From a virus (Duplodnaviria > Heunggongvirae > Uroviricota > Caudoviricetes), in IMG/VR virus record IMGVR_UViG_2513237361_000010: DNA of 8,276 nt, one strand, 5' to 3'. Position 1 is the stretch's first letter. Every line of letters begins with the position of its first letter. Shown in pieces: positions 5,612 through 8,276 of this stretch. The translations under genes were made by a program, and so were the position numbers. The notes below the pieces were generated by a model, which saw only the letters and a list, made by a program, of their open reading frames with translations, did not search any database and had not been told where the DNA came from.

Positions 5612-5928
5612 AAACCCCCTTACCGCCCGTCTTACGCGCAGCCCTTTACCGTCGCGCTGTCGCCTGTGCCTGGCTGACCGTGTGCGAACGTCAGCACCGC
5701 TACCCGCATCTCACCCTTGAATCACTGGAGGCGGCCATCGCCGCTGAGCTGGAAGGCTTTTATCTGCGCCAGCACGGTGAGGAAAAAGGGCGTCAGATAG
5801 CCTGTGCCCTGCTGGAAGATTTAATGGAATCCGGCCCCCTGAAGGCCGCGCCGTCGCTGTCCTTTCTCGGGCTGGTTGTGATGGATGAACTCTGTGCCCG
5901 TCACATAAAAGCGCCGGTACTGCACTGA
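5608..5928 (+). CDS. hypothetical protein immediately upstream of the primase
   Basis: 106 aa. GGGAGG 7 nt upstream of ATG 5608. Stop TGA 5926-5928 overlaps the primase RBS (AGGAGA). No recognisable motif. Confidence 0.6.
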
Positions 5929-5942
5929 AGGAGAACAACACC

Positions 5943-8276
5943 ATGAAAATGAACGTAACCGCCACCGTCAGCCATGCACTCGGCCACTGGCCGCGTATTC
6001 TCCCGGCGCTGGGGATTCAGGTGCTGAAAAACCGTCATCAGCCCTGTCCGGTCTGTGGCGGGAGTGACCGCTTCCGTTTTGATGACAGGGAGGGGCGCGG
6101 CACCTGGTACTGCAATCAGTGTGGTGCCGGTGACGGCCTGAAACTGGTTGAAAAGGTGTTTGGTGTTTCCCCGTCCGACGCGGCCACAAAGGTGGCTGCC
6201 GTGACCGGCAGTCTGCCCCCGGCTGACCCGGCAGTGACGGCCGCCGCCGTTGCTGAAACAGAAGCCGCCCGGAAGAACGCCGCCGCACTGGCACAAACCC
6301 TGATGGCGAAAACCCGTCCCGGAACCGGTAACGCCTACCTGACCCGCAAGGGCTTTCCCGGCCGGGAATGCCGGATGCTGACCGGCACACACAGAGCCGG
6401 TGGCGTGAGCTGGCGCGCCGGTGACCTTGTGGTGCCACTGTATGACGACAGCGGCGAACTGGTTAACCTTCAGTTAATCAGTGCTGACGGCCGTAAGCGC
6501 ACCCTGAAAGGCGGACAGGTCAGGGGCACCTGTCACATCCTTGAAGGACAGAATCAGGCCGGAAAACGTCTGTGGATAGCGGAGGGATACGCGACCGCAC
6601 TTACCGTACATCACCTGACCGGTGAAACGGTGATGGTGGCGCTTTCTTCCGTGAACCTCCTTTCTCTGGCCAGCCTTGCCCGGCAGAAGCATCCGGCCTG
6701 TCAGATTGTCCTTGCCGCAGACCGTGACCTCAGCGGTGACGGCCAGAAAAAAGCCGCCGCAGCCGCAGATGCGTGTGAAGGTGTTGTTGCCCTGCCGCCG
6801 GTCTTCGGTGACTGGAATGATGCCTTCACGCAGTACGGCGGGGAAGCCACCCGTAAGGCCATTTATGATGCCATCCGGCCACCGGCTGAAAGCCCGTTCG
6901 ACACCATGAGCGAAGCGGAGTTTTCCGCCATGAGTACCAGCGAAAAGGCCATGCGTATCTATGAGCATTACGGCGAGGCGCTCGCGGTCGATGCCAACGG
7001 CCAGCTTCTGTCCCGCTATGAAAATGGTGTCTGGAAGGTGCTGCCGCCACAGGACTTTGCCCGGGATGTGGCCGGGCTGTTTCAGCGGCTGCGCGCGCCG
7101 TTCTCCTCCGGGAAGGTGGCCTCCGTGGTGGACACCCTGAAGCTGATTATTCCGCAGCAGGAAGCCCCCTCCCGCTGCCTGATTGGCTTTCGTAACGGCG
7201 TGCTCGACACGCAGAACGGCACGTTCCACCCGCACAGTCCGTCACACTGGATGCGTACCCTGTGCGATGTGGATTTCACCCCGCCGGTGGAAGGGGAAAC
7301 GCTGGAAACCCACGCCCCCGCGTTCTGGCGCTGGCTTGACCGTGCCGCCGGTGGCCGTGCGGAAAAACGCGACGTGATTCTGGCCGCACTGTTTATGGTG
7401 CTGGCAAACCGCTATGACTGGCAGCTCTTTCTGGAGGTGACCGGTCCCGGCGGCAGCGGCAAAAGTATCATGGCCGAAATAGCCACCCTGCTGGCCGGGG
7501 AGGATAACGCCACGTCGGCCACCATCGAGACGCTGGAATCCCCGCGTGAACGTGCCGCGTTAACTGGCTTCTCACTGATACGCCTGCCGGACCAGGAAAA
7601 ATGGAGCGGCGACGGAGCCGGACTCAAGGCCATCACCGGCGGCGATGCGGTGTCCGTTGACCCGAAATACCGGGATGCGTACTCCACGCACATCCCGGCG
7701 GTGATTCTGGCCGTGAACAATAACCCGATGCGCTTCACCGACCGCAGCGGCGGCGTGTCACGCCGGCGGGTGATTATTCACTTCCCGGAACAGATAGCCC
7801 CGCAGGAGCGCGACCCGCAGCTTAAGGACAAAATCACCCGCGAGCTGGCGGTCATCGTGCGTCACCTGATGCAGAAGTTCAGCGACCCGATGCTCGCCCG
7901 GTCACTGCTTCAGTCCCAGCAGAACTCAGACGAGGCGCTGAACATCAAACGGGATGCCGACCCGACGTTTGATTTTATCGGCTATCTGGAAACCCTGCCG
8001 CAGACCAGCGGCATGTATATGGGGAACGCCAGTATCATCCCGCGTAATTACCGTAAATACCTCTATCACGCCTATCTGGCCTACATGGAGGCAAACGGCT
8101 ACCGGAATGTACTCAGTCTGAAAATGTTCGGGCTGGGGCTGCCGGTGATGCTGAAGGAATACGGGCTGAATTACGAGAAGCGCCATACCAAACAGGGGAT
8201 ACAGACCAACCTGACGCTGAAAGAGGAAAGCTACGGCGACTGGCTGCCAAAATGTGACGACCCTACAACAGCCTGA
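5943..8276 (+). CDS. P4 alpha-type primase-helicase (zinc-ribbon, TOPRIM primase domain, P-loop NTPase/helicase domain)
   Basis: 777 aa. N-terminal zinc ribbon CPVCGG...YCNQCG. TOPRIM-like region with the acidic motifs LWIAEGYATAL and VLAADRDLSGDGQ. Walker A GPGGSGKS, with a downstream VILAVNNNP motif typical of SF3-type helicase domains. Strong RBS AGGAGA 9 nt upstream. Ends exactly at the window end. Confidence 0.9.
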   Translation: MKMNVTATVSHALGHWPRILPALGIQVLKNRHQPCPVCGGSDRFRFDDREGRGTWYCNQCGAGDGLKLVEKVFGVSPSDAATKVAAVTGSLPPADPAVTAAAVAETEAARKNAAALAQTLMAKTRPGTGNAYLTRKGFPGRECRMLTGTHRAGGVSWRAGDLVVPLYDDSGELVNLQLISADGRKRTLKGGQVRGTCHILEGQNQAGKRLWIAEGYATALTVHHLTGETVMVALSSVNLLSLASLARQKHPACQIVLAADRDLSGDGQKKAAAAADACEGVVALPPVFGDWNDAFTQYGGEATRKAIYDAIRPPAESPFDTMSEAEFSAMSTSEKAMRIYEHYGEALAVDANGQLLSRYENGVWKVLPPQDFARDVAGLFQRLRAPFSSGKVASVVDTLKLIIPQQEAPSRCLIGFRNGVLDTQNGTFHPHSPSHWMRTLCDVDFTPPVEGETLETHAPAFWRWLDRAAGGRAEKRDVILAALFMVLANRYDWQLFLEVTGPGGSGKSIMAEIATLLAGEDNATSATIETLESPRERAALTGFSLIRLPDQEKWSGDGAGLKAITGGDAVSVDPKYRDAYSTHIPAVILAVNNNPMRFTDRSGGVSRRRVIIHFPEQIAPQERDPQLKDKITRELAVIVRHLMQKFSDPMLARSLLQSQQNSDEALNIKRDADPTFDFIGYLETLPQTSGMYMGNASIIPRNYRKYLYHAYLAYMEANGYRNVLSLKMFGLGLPVMLKEYGLNYEKRHTKQGIQTNLTLKEESYGDWLPKCDDPTTA

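Noticed and set aside
5901-7738. Several long minus-strand and alternative-frame ORFs inside the primase gene (for example 5901..6392, 5968..6438, 6474..7235, 7412..7738)
   Set aside because: They lie entirely within the strongly supported primase coding region. Their translations are Arg/Gly/Pro-rich, as expected for antisense frames of GC-rich DNA, and they lack convincing RBS signals.

Overview
The window reads as the immunity, early and replication region of a lambdoid-type temperate prophage, probably in an enterobacterial host; no integrase, att site, tRNA or CRISPR array is visible. All calls come from reading the sequence and ORF track by eye; no database search, alignment or folding was run, and GC values are estimates. 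Left to right: a low-GC orphan gene (1-435, +) convergent with a small minus-strand ORF; a leftward PL-like promoter carrying GGTACA operator half-sites; a leftward CI-like repressor (848-1522) with HTH and S24 peptidase motifs; a divergent operator/promoter region; then a long rightward run of mostly overlapping, apparently translationally coupled genes. These are Cro-like, YdaT/CII-like, two conflicting small ORFs, an O-like initiator with an iteron origin inside its gene, a PerC-like regulator, a LexA DNA-binding-domain-only paralog, RusA, a truncated KilA-N protein, two unknowns and a 777-aa P4-alpha-type primase-helicase. GC content rises from roughly 38% at the left edge to roughly 60% in the primase, with a break at the truncated KilA-N gene, suggesting a mosaic. 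The most unusual items are the protease-less LexA paralog, the low-GC orphan gene beside PL, and the frame conflict at 2405-2763.
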